From IMG/VR virus record IMGVR_UViG_3300027754_000034, positions 193,206-257,205 of that record: a stretch of 64,000 bases of DNA; one strand, given 5' to 3'. The notes beneath the pieces were generated by a model, which saw only the letters and a list, made by a program, of their open reading frames with translations, did no database searches and was not told the DNA's origin. Positions 1 through 9,976 of this stretch are shown here, piece by piece (the stretch's first letter is position 1; every line of letters starts with the position of its first letter). A program made the position numbers and the translations under genes.

Positions 1-1845
1 GTAATATTACAGGACTGGCAAAGCGTGAATGAGTCTAAAAATTCATCTATATACTTATCAAATTTGGGGTTAACAGGAAATCAGATTAAGGGGGTTCTCA
101 CTTTGTTTGGAGGAGACTCTCGTCGCATGATTTCAGAAAATCCATATTTATTATGTAAATGTTCAGGGATCGGATTTAGTGCAGCAGATCAGGCCGCTAG
201 AATAGTGGGTATAGGAGTAGATGACTCTCGACGAGTAAAATCCATGATTTTATATATAGTTGAGGATTTATGTAATAGTGACGGTCATATGTATGTGACT
301 TCCGGTGAAATTCTGAAGTATGGATCCGGAAGGTTTTTTAGAAGGCACAGTTTAGAACCCTTTTCGCATGGTGATAAGATAACTGATTCGCAATATTACG
401 GAGCATTAAATTCATTACTTGAATCTGGGGAATTGGTATCGATCAATGATAAGATATATACAAAGTGTAATTGGGAATATGAGCATAGTATAGCTAAATA
501 TTTATCTAGTGCTTTATTGTCTGATCCTTATGAATTTAAGAATTTAGATGTCTTTCTTAAGGAATTTCAGAAAAGAAATAAAATAAAATTATCAGAAGAT
601 CAAATAAGTGCTTTTAAACTGTTGGGTAAATCTAGAATAGTTTCCATATCGGGTTATCCGGGGACCGGGAAGACTACTCTCATATCATCCTTTGTGGAAC
701 TATTCAGTAATTATAATTTAGATTTTAGTCTGTTGTCGCCCACCGGTATTGCCGCCAAAAGACTATCTAAGGTTACCGGAAAAATGGCTTCTACCATACA
801 CAGGGCTTTAGGATATAAAAAGGATGGGACTTGGGAATTTAATCACACTAATAAGTTTATAACCGATGCCATTATCGTGGATGAGATGTCTATGGTAGAT
901 TCAGCCTCATTTTATCATTTATTGGATGCCCTAAACCCCTCAACTATTCTTATACTGGTTGGTGATTCAGCTCAGTTGCCTTCTGTTGGCTCAGGTTATG
1001 TGTTCAATAATTTATTGAATTGCGAAAATGTAAGCAAGGTGTCCCTTACTCACATTTTTAGACAGGGTAAAACATCAGATATTATCACAGTTGCACATAA
1101 TATTTTAAATAATCATCATGTGGACACTTCATTGAATAAGGAATCGGAATTCATATTTTTCCCTATGAAAGATGATGAAATAGTGTCGCAGGTGTGTCAG
1201 TTGTCCTTTAAATTAAAGGAATTAAAAAGGAATTTCCAAGTAATTTCTCCTATGCATGATGGGGTATTGGGAGTAAATAACTTAAATCAAGAACTGCGTG
1301 ATGTACTGAATCCTGATAGTCTGCTTAAGACCGTATCTTATGTTAAAAGTGGAGAAACTGGCCTTTACGAAGGTGACAGAGTAATGGTGGTAAAGAATAA
1401 CTATGATAAAATGATATATAATGGAGATGTAGGAAAAATAACACAGATAAATATAAAAAATGATGAGGTGGAGGTAAAAATCTTTGACTGGTTTGACCAG
1501 GAATCGTCATCTTCCAAATATGCTGATAAATTATTAACATTCACTGTAGAAGAAGCTCGTTCTATGCTGAAGGTGTCATATGCTTGTACTACCCATAAAG
1601 TGCAAGGTCAGGAATTTGATTATATAATAATGCCGATGAGTTCTCAATATGGAATCATGTTATACCGTAATTTAGTATACACAGCAATTACTAGAGCTAA
1701 AAAGAAAGTATTTATTTTTGGAAGTACAATTGCATTTGAGAATGCTATCAATAATATTAAGGAAACTATTCGGAATAGTGATCTAGCGAATTTGATTAAA
1801 GAATATTATAAATTAGAATGTGCTAATGCTGTTATGATATCCTGA
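1..1845 (+). CDS. recD: RecD2-like SF1B helicase (5' end lies outside the window)
   Basis: Frame is open from base 1. N-terminal HhH region (ENPYLL...GIGFSAADQAA), Walker A GYPGTGKT, Walker B IIVDEMSMVD, motif III LVGDSAQLPSVG, and C-terminal YACTTHKVQGQEFD and LVYTAITRAK. Confidence 0.93.
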   Translation, partial: VILQDWQSVNESKNSSIYLSNLGLTGNQIKGVLTLFGGDSRRMISENPYLLCKCSGIGFSAADQAARIVGIGVDDSRRVKSMILYIVEDLCNSDGHMYVTSGEILKYGSGRFFRRHSLEPFSHGDKITDSQYYGALNSLLESGELVSINDKIYTKCNWEYEHSIAKYLSSALLSDPYEFKNLDVFLKEFQKRNKIKLSEDQISAFKLLGKSRIVSISGYPGTGKTTLISSFVELFSNYNLDFSLLSPTGIAAKRLSKVTGKMASTIHRALGYKKDGTWEFNHTNKFITDAIIVDEMSMVDSASFYHLLDALNPSTILILVGDSAQLPSVGSGYVFNNLLNCENVSKVSLTHIFRQGKTSDIITVAHNILNNHHVDTSLNKESEFIFFPMKDDEIVSQVCQLSFKLKELKRNFQVISPMHDGVLGVNNLNQELRDVLNPDSLLKTVSYVKSGETGLYEGDRVMVVKNNYDKMIYNGDVGKITQINIKNDEVEVKIFDWFDQESSSSKYADKLLTFTVEEARSMLKVSYACTTHKVQGQEFDYIIMPMSSQYGIMLYRNLVYTAITRAKKKVFIFGSTIAFENAINNIKETIRNSDLANLIKEYYKLECANAVMIS

Positions 1846-1928
1846 TCATAAATTGGGTTGTGTATCGTGTAGATTCAGTATGATTTTCCTGTTCAAATAT
1901 TTTTACAAAATATTTTGTTTATTTCATT

Positions 1929-1969
1929 TAGAGTATAAAGTAAATGGTTATTTTTACGATGTTTATATA
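1929..1969 (+). repeat. 41-bp intergenic copy of 3001-3041 (nuclease core of the downstream gene)
   Basis: tagagtataaagtaaatggttatttttacgatgtttatata versus tagagtataaagttaatggttatttttacgatgtttatata; 1 mismatch. Confidence 0.9.
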
Positions 1970-2027
1970 TTTATTCTGAATGTATGGTACCATTAGACTT
2001 GTGTAATTTTAATGGTCACCATTAGTT

Positions 2028-3761
2028 ATGAAAATAAAATCAGGTGAAAAATATGGGGGTTTATTATACGAAGGGCCTGATTATGAAGGAAAGACAAGGG
2101 ATGTAATCGAATTAAAATGTAACTGTGGTAGATTAAAAAAAGTACGTATATATAATCTATTAAATGGATCTACCAAAAGATGTGGATTGTGTAATTCTAT
2201 TACCCTTAAAAAGGGTGATGTATTTGGTAAATTATCCTACTTAGGTCCTACCATTGAATTACCAAAAGGGTCTAAGCGTAAAATTGAGGTTAAATGTGAT
2301 TGTGGTCGTCATAAAGATATTAAGCTAGTAAATTTAATAAATGGACTTAGTACCTCTTGTAATGAGTGTAATCACATTTTACTTAAATCGGGTGAAAATT
2401 ATGGAAAGATTAAATATATTGGTTCGGACATTTACATAGGTCGGTCCAGTCATAAAAAGTTATCATTTGAGTGTGAGTGCGGTCGTCTCCATATTACTGA
2501 ACTTCAGTATTTAAATGACACCTCCTCATGCGGCAAGTGTGCTAATGTTATTTTAGAAAATGGTGAAAAGTACGTTAATTTTAAATACTTCGGAGAGCGT
2601 ATAGAAATTTCTCCATATAGTAATAAGAAATTATCATTTGAATGTCGTTGCGGCACTATTAAGAATATATCGGTTCAATATATTACTAAAAATCAAAAGT
2701 CGTGCGGAAGTTGCCGAAATCAAGTCTTTGGTTGGTATCAAAATAACGCAGATTTATTGAAAAATGGTGTTCCTATTGATGGTATGTTACCGATTGGGGG
2801 ACCAATTGTTTTAGAAAAAATAAAGAATGCGAGTGTTCCATTTTTGGCGCAATGTTGTGTATGTGGTAAGCAGTATAATCCGAGATATAAGGACATTAAG
2901 CGTGGTCTTTCGTTAACGTGTGGTTGCACTCAAAACAAAACATCTTCATACAGTCTATTAATTTCGGATTACTTAAGTTCCCTAAACATAATTCATTTTT
3001 TAGAGTATAAAGTTAATGGTTATTTTTACGATGTTTATATACCTTCGGCGAATTTGCTAATAGAAATAAATGGACTCTATTGGCATTCCTCAACTTTAGT
3101 ATCTAACCTTGATGCACTTAAATATAAAACCGCATGTGAAGGTAATTATGATTTTATGATGATATATGAAGATGAAATCATAAATAAGTTTAATCTAGTA
3201 AAAGCATTGGTATTTAACCGCATTAAGTCTAAATCTTTCGTCTCTTTAAGACCCTCTCAGTGTGTAATGAAAAGGGTAGATAATCATGGATTAAAGGAAT
3301 TACTAAACAACCATCACTATTTAGGTACCTGTACATTTAAGATAGGGTATGGGGTATTTTATGAAGGAATGCTTATAGCAGGCATTACTTTTTCTAGACC
3401 CACCAGGCAATCATCCTATGATTGGGAACTGACTAGGATGGTTAGTGACTCTAAGTATAAAGTACATGGAATATGGAGTAAACTCTGTGGTTTATTCATC
3501 AGGGAAATAAACCCAAAATCAATGGTTTCATTTTCTGATAATAGACTATTTTCTGGTTTAGTGTATTCGAAGATTGGCTTTAAATATGATGGTAATGTTC
3601 GCCCTGATTATTATTGGGTAAAAGGGAAAAACAGGTACCATAAATCAAGGCTCAGGAAGAAAAAAGGAGAAGTAGGAACTGAAAATGAGTTAAGAATTTC
3701 CCAAGGTTATAGAAAAATAATGGACCTTGGCAAGAAGCGTTGGATATTAAATGTAACTTAG
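2028..3761 (+). CDS. Zn-ribbon repeat array + PD-(D/E)xK nuclease + Hef/Mom-like GNAT domain (homing-endonuclease-like)
   Basis: Four ~58-aa CxCG...SCxxC repeats, then FYDVYIPSANLLIEINGLYWH, then C-terminal HHYLG...WELTRM...SFSDNRLFSGLVYSKIGF. Confidence 0.75.
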   Translation: MKIKSGEKYGGLLYEGPDYEGKTRDVIELKCNCGRLKKVRIYNLLNGSTKRCGLCNSITLKKGDVFGKLSYLGPTIELPKGSKRKIEVKCDCGRHKDIKLVNLINGLSTSCNECNHILLKSGENYGKIKYIGSDIYIGRSSHKKLSFECECGRLHITELQYLNDTSSCGKCANVILENGEKYVNFKYFGERIEISPYSNKKLSFECRCGTIKNISVQYITKNQKSCGSCRNQVFGWYQNNADLLKNGVPIDGMLPIGGPIVLEKIKNASVPFLAQCCVCGKQYNPRYKDIKRGLSLTCGCTQNKTSSYSLLISDYLSSLNIIHFLEYKVNGYFYDVYIPSANLLIEINGLYWHSSTLVSNLDALKYKTACEGNYDFMMIYEDEIINKFNLVKALVFNRIKSKSFVSLRPSQCVMKRVDNHGLKELLNNHHYLGTCTFKIGYGVFYEGMLIAGITFSRPTRQSSYDWELTRMVSDSKYKVHGIWSKLCGLFIREINPKSMVSFSDNRLFSGLVYSKIGFKYDGNVRPDYYWVKGKNRYHKSRLRKKKGEVGTENELRISQGYRKIMDLGKKRWILNVT

Positions 3762-3763
3762 AT

Positions 3764-4747
3764 ATGTCTTGCATTCGTTTTATTACATCCTCTGATGAGC
3801 ATGTTGCTGATTTAGCACCGGGTTTTAGGAAGGATGACTATAAAGCCAGTATTTTAAAGAAATTAGAATGGCAGGGAGAATTAGCTAAAAGAGCATCTTC
3901 AGATGCTATTCTACGTGGTGGCGACCTTTTTCATGTTAAGGCTGCTAATAAAAACACGCACGCCACCATGCAAAGGGTAGCCGAGATACATAGAAAATAT
4001 CCGTGTCCTACTTATGCTTTGGCCGGTAATCATGATATGTCTAATAATGATCCTGATTCAATATTGCGTCAACAGCCCCTGGGTGTACTAATCAAAACCG
4101 GGACATTATATGATTTAAAGGAGGAAACCTTCGTGTCTGGTTCTATGAAGGTTAGAGTAGTGGGTATTGAATATACAACAGATTTGGGAGTGGAAACCAT
4201 TCATGATGCAGTTAGAAAAAATGATGATGACGTATATACTGTCGCCGTGATTCATGCTTTGGCGTCCATGGCTCCTTCTGAGAAGATTCAATCATTTTTT
4301 AACGAAACGATTTTTGACTATAGAGATTTAGTATTTCCTGGATGTCCAGACGTATATGTTTTCGGACATTATCATAAGGATCAAGGAATACTAAACCATT
4401 GCGGTATTAACTTCGTAAATTTGGGTGCAATATCTAGAGGAGCGTTAACTTTCGAGAATTTAGAAAGAAAGCCTAAGGTATCTATGCTTACGTTTGATTC
4501 ATCGGGAGTTTCATGTGAGGAGATAATAGTTCCACACGAAGATGCGAAGGATATTTTCGACTTAGATCTAAAACGGAGATTAGACGTGGAAAGAAAGGAT
4601 CTGGATGACTTCATAAGTCGTTTAAAAAAAGATTCGTCAGTTTCGCATTCCCTAAAGAAGGAGGAACTAGATAGTTTTCCGAGTGATTTAAAAAGTTTGG
4701 CCTTGGAAGTGTTAGAAGCTGCGGAATCCGGAGTATTAGAGGACTGA
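3764..4747 (+). CDS. sbcD: SbcD/Mre11-like metallophosphoesterase nuclease
   Basis: Calcineurin-like motifs SDEH, GGDLFH, AGNHD, GHYH. ATG at 3764 chosen over the TTG at 3740. Confidence 0.82.
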   Translation: MSCIRFITSSDEHVADLAPGFRKDDYKASILKKLEWQGELAKRASSDAILRGGDLFHVKAANKNTHATMQRVAEIHRKYPCPTYALAGNHDMSNNDPDSILRQQPLGVLIKTGTLYDLKEETFVSGSMKVRVVGIEYTTDLGVETIHDAVRKNDDDVYTVAVIHALASMAPSEKIQSFFNETIFDYRDLVFPGCPDVYVFGHYHKDQGILNHCGINFVNLGAISRGALTFENLERKPKVSMLTFDSSGVSCEEIIVPHEDAKDIFDLDLKRRLDVERKDLDDFISRLKKDSSVSHSLKKEELDSFPSDLKSLALEVLEAAESGVLED

Positions 4748-4748
4748 T

Positions 4749-5609
4749 ATGTATTATGATTTGAGTTTAAGCTATTCGGGTCGTAAAATTTATTTAAAAT
4801 GTCCGAAGCAATATCAATTTAAGTACATTTTAAAGGACTCTGCCGTATTTGATACTAAAAATACCTTATTCGGTTCTATAATCGGAAAGTTATTTGAGTG
4901 GTTTTATGAAAAGCAGGTCTGGAAGAGTAGCAATCCTTCAGACTTACTTCTCAGTATGAAGGCTGAAGCTATTGAATTAGTCTATTTAAAAAATGACTAT
5001 TTTAAGGGCAGTGATAGTTCCTTAGAATTGCGAATAGAAAGCGACCTGATTAAGTATGTGCCTCTCGGCGTTGAAACGATCAAGAATCAAGGGTTACTTA
5101 CTACTAATAGTAAGTCTGAATTAGATTTAACCATATTTTATAAAACCAAAGATGACCTAGTTTTAAAAATAGTCGGAATAGCCGACTTTGTGCATTACAA
5201 TAATGCATCTGATATTTGGATAATGGATGGTAAAGCTTATAAACAAAGAGAAAAATATGTGGATGCGGATCAATTGATGTGGTATGCTACTTTACATTAT
5301 TTAAAATATGGAGTGGCTCCATCCCGGATAGGATTTATTTATTGGTTACATCCTGAAAATCCAATTAGTTATATATCGTATGATTCGGATTCTATGCGTC
5401 TCCTTCTTCAAGATACCATAAATACCTGTAAGGACATATTGAATAAGAAATTCGATGCTAGACCTTCGGGTGAATGTCACCGATGTGCCTATAAACCGAA
5501 ATGTGAGGAGGGGCTCTGGCATATTGCTAAACGTCGACATGAATCTGGTGGGCACTTAGAAAATTCGATTTTTGATTTTGAAGATGTAACTTCTTCTAAA
5601 GGAGACTGA
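4749..5609 (+). CDS. PD-(D/E)xK (RecB/Cas4-like) exonuclease
   Basis: N-terminal YLKCPKQY, core GIADFV...IMDGKAYK, C-terminal CHRCAYKPKC Cys cluster. Confidence 0.85.
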   Translation: MYYDLSLSYSGRKIYLKCPKQYQFKYILKDSAVFDTKNTLFGSIIGKLFEWFYEKQVWKSSNPSDLLLSMKAEAIELVYLKNDYFKGSDSSLELRIESDLIKYVPLGVETIKNQGLLTTNSKSELDLTIFYKTKDDLVLKIVGIADFVHYNNASDIWIMDGKAYKQREKYVDADQLMWYATLHYLKYGVAPSRIGFIYWLHPENPISYISYDSDSMRLLLQDTINTCKDILNKKFDARPSGECHRCAYKPKCEEGLWHIAKRRHESGGHLENSIFDFEDVTSSKGD

Positions 5610-5887
5610 TGATTATGGAAGACATAGAGACCAGGTACAAGGAATATCTCTCGAAAAGAGAGAAGGTGATGCAGGCAAAGATTAAGATAGAGGCTGCTCT
5701 CGCAGAGCGGAAAAAGCAGCTTCGTGATACTATGGAGGAGTGTAAGAAATTAGGGCATAACCCCGATACTTTGTCTGAGGATTTAAAAAAGATGAAGGAA
5801 GTATTACTTACTAAATTAAGTATTTGTGAGTCGGATCTTGAAGCAGCTGAAGAGTCAATACTGCCGATGCTAAAAGAGATAGAATAA
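5609..5887 (+). CDS. Small coiled-coil protein
   Basis: 92 aa, E/K-rich heptads, coupled to both neighbours. Confidence 0.7.
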   Translation: MIMEDIETRYKEYLSKREKVMQAKIKIEAALAERKKQLRDTMEECKKLGHNPDTLSEDLKKMKEVLLTKLSICESDLEAAEESILPMLKEIE

Positions 5888-6996
5888 TGTCTATGTCTGC
5901 TAAATCTAAGGATTTAAAGTCCGGATTAAACTTAGCAAAAGTAGTAAAGCCTACTGATGGAGAATATAGAATTTCCATCTCAGGTGGTTCAATTGCTATC
6001 ATCAGCAGTGACAAAAGAAGGTATCTATGTGCCTTTTTGACTACAAGGATGGGTGATGGGATTACTGAAGATTTCTTATTACCCCAGGACAGGTCTTCGA
6101 TTTTCGAGGCAGACTTAGATGATGTTGATTTATCAATTAACGAAAAAGGACTTTCGCTAAAATATTCGGGAGGAGGCACTAAGAAGTCTGCAGTGATAAA
6201 ACGCAGATCTCCGTCGAAAAAGGGAGTGTTGGGAAAATCTATAATCATTGATGAAGAAGAATGGAGAATAGAATCTAATCTATTAGATGAACTTCTTACT
6301 GTAGCGTCGGCTTCTGCGTTAGTTCATGAAACTAAAACAGAAGAGGATATGAAAATGAATCAAATAATATTTGATTCGAAAAACAACTGTATCATATCGA
6401 ATGCAAGATACTACGCAACTTTTGTTTTCCATCCGTCCATAAAGAAAGATATCTCAATTATCAGTGCTGATATACCAACAATCAGGGCATTCTGTAATAG
6501 ATGTAAGGGTGATATATTAATATCCTGTGATAATGTAGGTTTATGTTTTAAACATCAAGAGACCGGGAGTTATCTTATTATCAATAAAATAAATAGTAAG
6601 CAGTCGAAAAATCCATCTGTTCCGGATGTTAGGGAATCTATCATAAATATTCAGTGTAGCACGGCACTTTTCAAAGATGCTATTAAATGGTCTGGCGTCA
6701 CTTTAGAGGGAACGCAAAGAATTTCGATTCAGAGCGAAAATGATGGTGATTCGGAGGTCTTAAAGTTTTCTCAGTCTGATAGAGTGCTTACTTCGATTCC
6801 GATTTTATCTAGTGGTAATACTTCTTTTTCTGCGGATTTACCCTTGAAGGTATTGGATAATATATCCTGTTATCTATTAGATGGAAATGTTGTTATACGT
6901 CATGGATTAAAAGCATTTCCGGATGTTGTTATGTTCGAGCAGACTTTAGAAGACCTTAAGGTACAACATTTTGTAAGGAGTATGAGATCGAAATGA
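5887..6996 (+). CDS. Putative DNA sliding clamp (DnaN/beta-like)
   Basis: 369 aa (beta-clamp size), three similarly patterned alpha/beta segments, located near dnaX and primase. Sequence motifs are weak. Confidence 0.5.
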   Translation: MSMSAKSKDLKSGLNLAKVVKPTDGEYRISISGGSIAIISSDKRRYLCAFLTTRMGDGITEDFLLPQDRSSIFEADLDDVDLSINEKGLSLKYSGGGTKKSAVIKRRSPSKKGVLGKSIIIDEEEWRIESNLLDELLTVASASALVHETKTEEDMKMNQIIFDSKNNCIISNARYYATFVFHPSIKKDISIISADIPTIRAFCNRCKGDILISCDNVGLCFKHQETGSYLIINKINSKQSKNPSVPDVRESIINIQCSTALFKDAIKWSGVTLEGTQRISIQSENDGDSEVLKFSQSDRVLTSIPILSSGNTSFSADLPLKVLDNISCYLLDGNVVIRHGLKAFPDVVMFEQTLEDLKVQHFVRSMRSK

Positions 6997-7628
6997 ATGC
7001 GGTATCAGTGCTTGAATCCAAATTTCACAATATTTCACGAAAATTGGATAAGTTAAATGCTTATCAGAGTTTACTCAGTAATAGGCTCGCGAAAGCTAGT
7101 ATTGAGTCTCAGGATCATAAATATAAATCCGAGTTATATCTAAAATGTTCGACAATATTTAAGAGATGGTTAGAGGATTCAATTGAAAGAAATGTAGAAT
7201 CTATTTCAGAATTAACGACTACTGGATTGAATTACATCATACACGACCAGCCCTTAAAATTCTTAATTAAGCAAGAGCAAAAAAATAATCGTATATCCAT
7301 GAAATTCGCCTTAGAACAGGATGGGTTCGAGGGAGACCCTCTTTGTTCATACGGCGGAGGGGCTGCAGTGGTAATATCATTAATTTTACGTTTATCTATA
7401 ATGCAAAGATTGGGACTTGGCAACTTATTAATATTGGATGAATCGATGGTGGCATTAGCGAACACATATGTACCGAATGCTGCATCATTCATTAGACAAC
7501 TATCGGAAAAGACGGGCGTAAATATATTGATGGTCACTCATAATCCTGAGTTTTTAAATGGTGCCCACACAGCCTATGAGGGTTTTAAGTCAGATTCATT
7601 GCACCTGAAATGTATAGTTAATACATAA
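6993..7628 (+). CDS. SbcC/Rad50-like ATPase, C-terminal half only
   Basis: Signature-like SYGGGAAVVISLILR, Walker B LLILDES, H-loop MVTHN. No Walker A. Confidence 0.8.
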   Translation: MNAVSVLESKFHNISRKLDKLNAYQSLLSNRLAKASIESQDHKYKSELYLKCSTIFKRWLEDSIERNVESISELTTTGLNYIIHDQPLKFLIKQEQKNNRISMKFALEQDGFEGDPLCSYGGGAAVVISLILRLSIMQRLGLGNLLILDESMVALANTYVPNAASFIRQLSEKTGVNILMVTHNPEFLNGAHTAYEGFKSDSLHLKCIVNT

Positions 7629-7629
7629 A

Positions 7630-8121
7630 GTGAAAACGCAAATAGAAATAGAACGCCGATTGATTAAACTAACTAATCGGCATAAGAAAAGACATTTGGG
7701 CGCAAATTTGTCTAAATTACCAGAAAACTGTAAATATAATTACTTACATGAACCAAACACGTTAGAGTACAATTCTTCTTTAGATGATTCCGATGTCGTA
7801 AAAATTTCTGAAGATAAACCCGTACGGATTTGCATGTATGGATCCGAAAATCCGGCAAAATGGAATGGTGATATATGTGATACTAAAGAGGTATCATCGG
7901 GGTGTGGATATTTTTGCCCGAAAAAGAGCGCAGATCAATTGTCTGCTGAATTTAATGAAATGATTACGGATGATGGGTATACTATTGAAAATTATTCAGA
8001 TGTGGCTGCTTTGCAATGGGTGGTGAATGATAGAACCGTAAATTTGAAAAATCACTCTTTCTTCGTATATTATGTGTTATTAGTGTATTCTAAATTATGT
8101 ATGTTTTTTAAAAGTGTTTAA
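7630..8121 (+). CDS. Hypothetical Cys-containing protein
   Basis: 163-aa ORF in operon with five Cys. Confidence 0.65.
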   Translation: MKTQIEIERRLIKLTNRHKKRHLGANLSKLPENCKYNYLHEPNTLEYNSSLDDSDVVKISEDKPVRICMYGSENPAKWNGDICDTKEVSSGCGYFCPKKSADQLSAEFNEMITDDGYTIENYSDVAALQWVVNDRTVNLKNHSFFVYYVLLVYSKLCMFFKSV

Positions 8122-8123
8122 CT

Positions 8124-8711
8124 ATGTCATGGTTACATAAAATATTGGATCATGACCTTCATAAAACGAAGGTGGGCATGAACTCCAGGGTCCTTCTCAT
8201 AGAGACCCCGGGAAAAAAAGAATTTCTTCCATGTGTTGTTAGCACTGCGGATAAAGGAAGATTTCTAATTAATAATTCTATTACCAAGGAAGGTCGAATT
8301 AGGTCTGGAGTATTCGAAGGAGCTGAAGAGTCGTTGGATGTAATTATTCCTCCTTTGTTTACGAAGGCATATGAATTATCTATCCAGAAGGAATATTCGA
8401 ATATTTTTAGTGATTCCCAGAGTTGTCTGTCTTATATAAAGGATAAGAGTGGGTTTAAAAAGGTCCCCGGTATGTGTTTTATTCCATTCTCATGGTCAGA
8501 TGTGAATCTTAAAAGGGTTTTTCCGGGGTTATCGTTAGAAGACGGGATGATTAACGGTTATTGTAAATTCTTAAAAATTGAAATGGAATTTGCTGTGTTT
8601 TTATCTAGACCTGATTTTGTGGGCCTATACACTAGACTACCGAATAATCAGAATAGTGTAATTCTACATAATGTTGAATTTGGTCTCGCGTTTTTAACAC
8701 TTAATGTCTGA
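8124..8711 (+). CDS. Hypothetical protein
   Basis: 195-aa ORF coupled to neighbours. Confidence 0.65.
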   Translation: MSWLHKILDHDLHKTKVGMNSRVLLIETPGKKEFLPCVVSTADKGRFLINNSITKEGRIRSGVFEGAEESLDVIIPPLFTKAYELSIQKEYSNIFSDSQSCLSYIKDKSGFKKVPGMCFIPFSWSDVNLKRVFPGLSLEDGMINGYCKFLKIEMEFAVFLSRPDFVGLYTRLPNNQNSVILHNVEFGLAFLTLNV

Positions 8712-9510
8712 TTTTTTAAATAATTTCGTTGAATGGTCAAATGATCAGCTATTTTGCTCAGAAGTAGCAGTGGATTTCCTTCATGGTAGAGGTTCATCGG
8801 AATACCAATGGCGAAAGCACAGTATCGGTTTTGTTTCTAATACTTATGTTCCAGATTCAGATTTAGATAGTGGTCATGGTGAATATTGTTATGAAGAAGC
8901 AGATAAAAATCGGGTCTGTGATACTTGTCGATTTAAAAAGTGGTCCACTTTATATTCAAAAGATGATCCTGTCGTTGGTGGGAAATTAATTAATAATATA
9001 GTATACCCTCTTACTACATACTCTGGTCAGATACTTGGGGTTCAAGTCCGGTCTATTCGAGAAAAAAGATATGATACTTTCATGAGAAAGTATCGACCCG
9101 AACCATATTTTTTTGGTACTAAGGGGTCTATTGATAAAATATGGTTAAGGAAAAAGGTAATTTTAGTAGAAGGTCCATCGGATATGTTGACTGTTGAGAG
9201 GTTTTGCGATTTACCTGTGTTGGCTTTAACCACAAATTCCACTAATGAATCTCAAACCAGATTTCTAAAGTTATTTGTTCAGAATATACTACTATGTCTA
9301 GACAATGATATAGCCGGAAGAGAAGGCACCAATAAAATTTATAACAAATTACAAGAATATTTGACCGTTTCGATTGTAGATTATAAAAAATCAGGATTGA
9401 AGGCCAAGGATTTAAATGAGATGTGGCAAGTTCTTAAGGATGAGAACTTCGCATCACATTTAAAAAGTGTTTTAACAGAATTGGAAGGAACCAAAAATGA
9501 GCGAGAATGA
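8704..9510 (+). CDS. DnaG-type primase (TOPRIM), lacking the N-terminal CHC2 finger
   Basis: LVEGPSD, LCLDNDIAGREG, KDLNE. Confidence 0.85.
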   Translation: MSDFLNNFVEWSNDQLFCSEVAVDFLHGRGSSEYQWRKHSIGFVSNTYVPDSDLDSGHGEYCYEEADKNRVCDTCRFKKWSTLYSKDDPVVGGKLINNIVYPLTTYSGQILGVQVRSIREKRYDTFMRKYRPEPYFFGTKGSIDKIWLRKKVILVEGPSDMLTVERFCDLPVLALTTNSTNESQTRFLKLFVQNILLCLDNDIAGREGTNKIYNKLQEYLTVSIVDYKKSGLKAKDLNEMWQVLKDENFASHLKSVLTELEGTKNERE

Positions 9511-9976
9511 CGCAGTTCGTAACAAAAAAGAAAAAACCGCAGCCATCCCATTACTTTTCGGAGATTTTGAGGCCGCTGAGGTTATTTCCCATAACTTGAT
9601 AGCAAAGCACCATCACGAACTTAGTAGTGCAAAATTTAGGTTTCTTTGCCGCAACAGGTCAACAATGGCGGGCGGAGAAAAAGTACCTGGAAACATTAAG
9701 AAAGCATCCCCCATGGAAAAACATGTCTGTGGGGGAGAAGTCGATTTTATAATGGTTGTGTCTTTGGATGTTTGGAATGACCTTTCGGTGATGCAAAGAA
9801 TAGCTCTTGTAGATCACCTTTTGACGCGTTGTGTTATGCTGGAAGATCCTAAGACTGGAGAACCGAAGTATAAGATACGACCACCTCAAGTCCAAGAGTT
9901 TCCAGAAATAGCTGAGAGGTATGGAACCTGGAATGATGGTTTGGTAGAATTGAACGCATGTCTGAAAGATAAGTGA
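9497..9976 (+). CDS. Putative phage metallopeptidase-family protein with degenerate HExxH
   Basis: VDFIMVVSLDVWNDLSVMQRIALVDHLLTRC...IRPPQVQEFPEIAERYGTW pattern. Confidence 0.6.
   Translation: MSENDAVRNKKEKTAAIPLLFGDFEAAEVISHNLIAKHHHELSSAKFRFLCRNRSTMAGGEKVPGNIKKASPMEKHVCGGEVDFIMVVSLDVWNDLSVMQRIALVDHLLTRCVMLEDPKTGEPKYKIRPPQVQEFPEIAERYGTWNDGLVELNACLKDK

Noticed and set aside
4749-5609. CRISPR-Cas locus based on the Cas4-like nuclease
   Set aside because: No other cas genes or repeat-spacer array; solo Cas4-like exonucleases are common in phage recombination modules.
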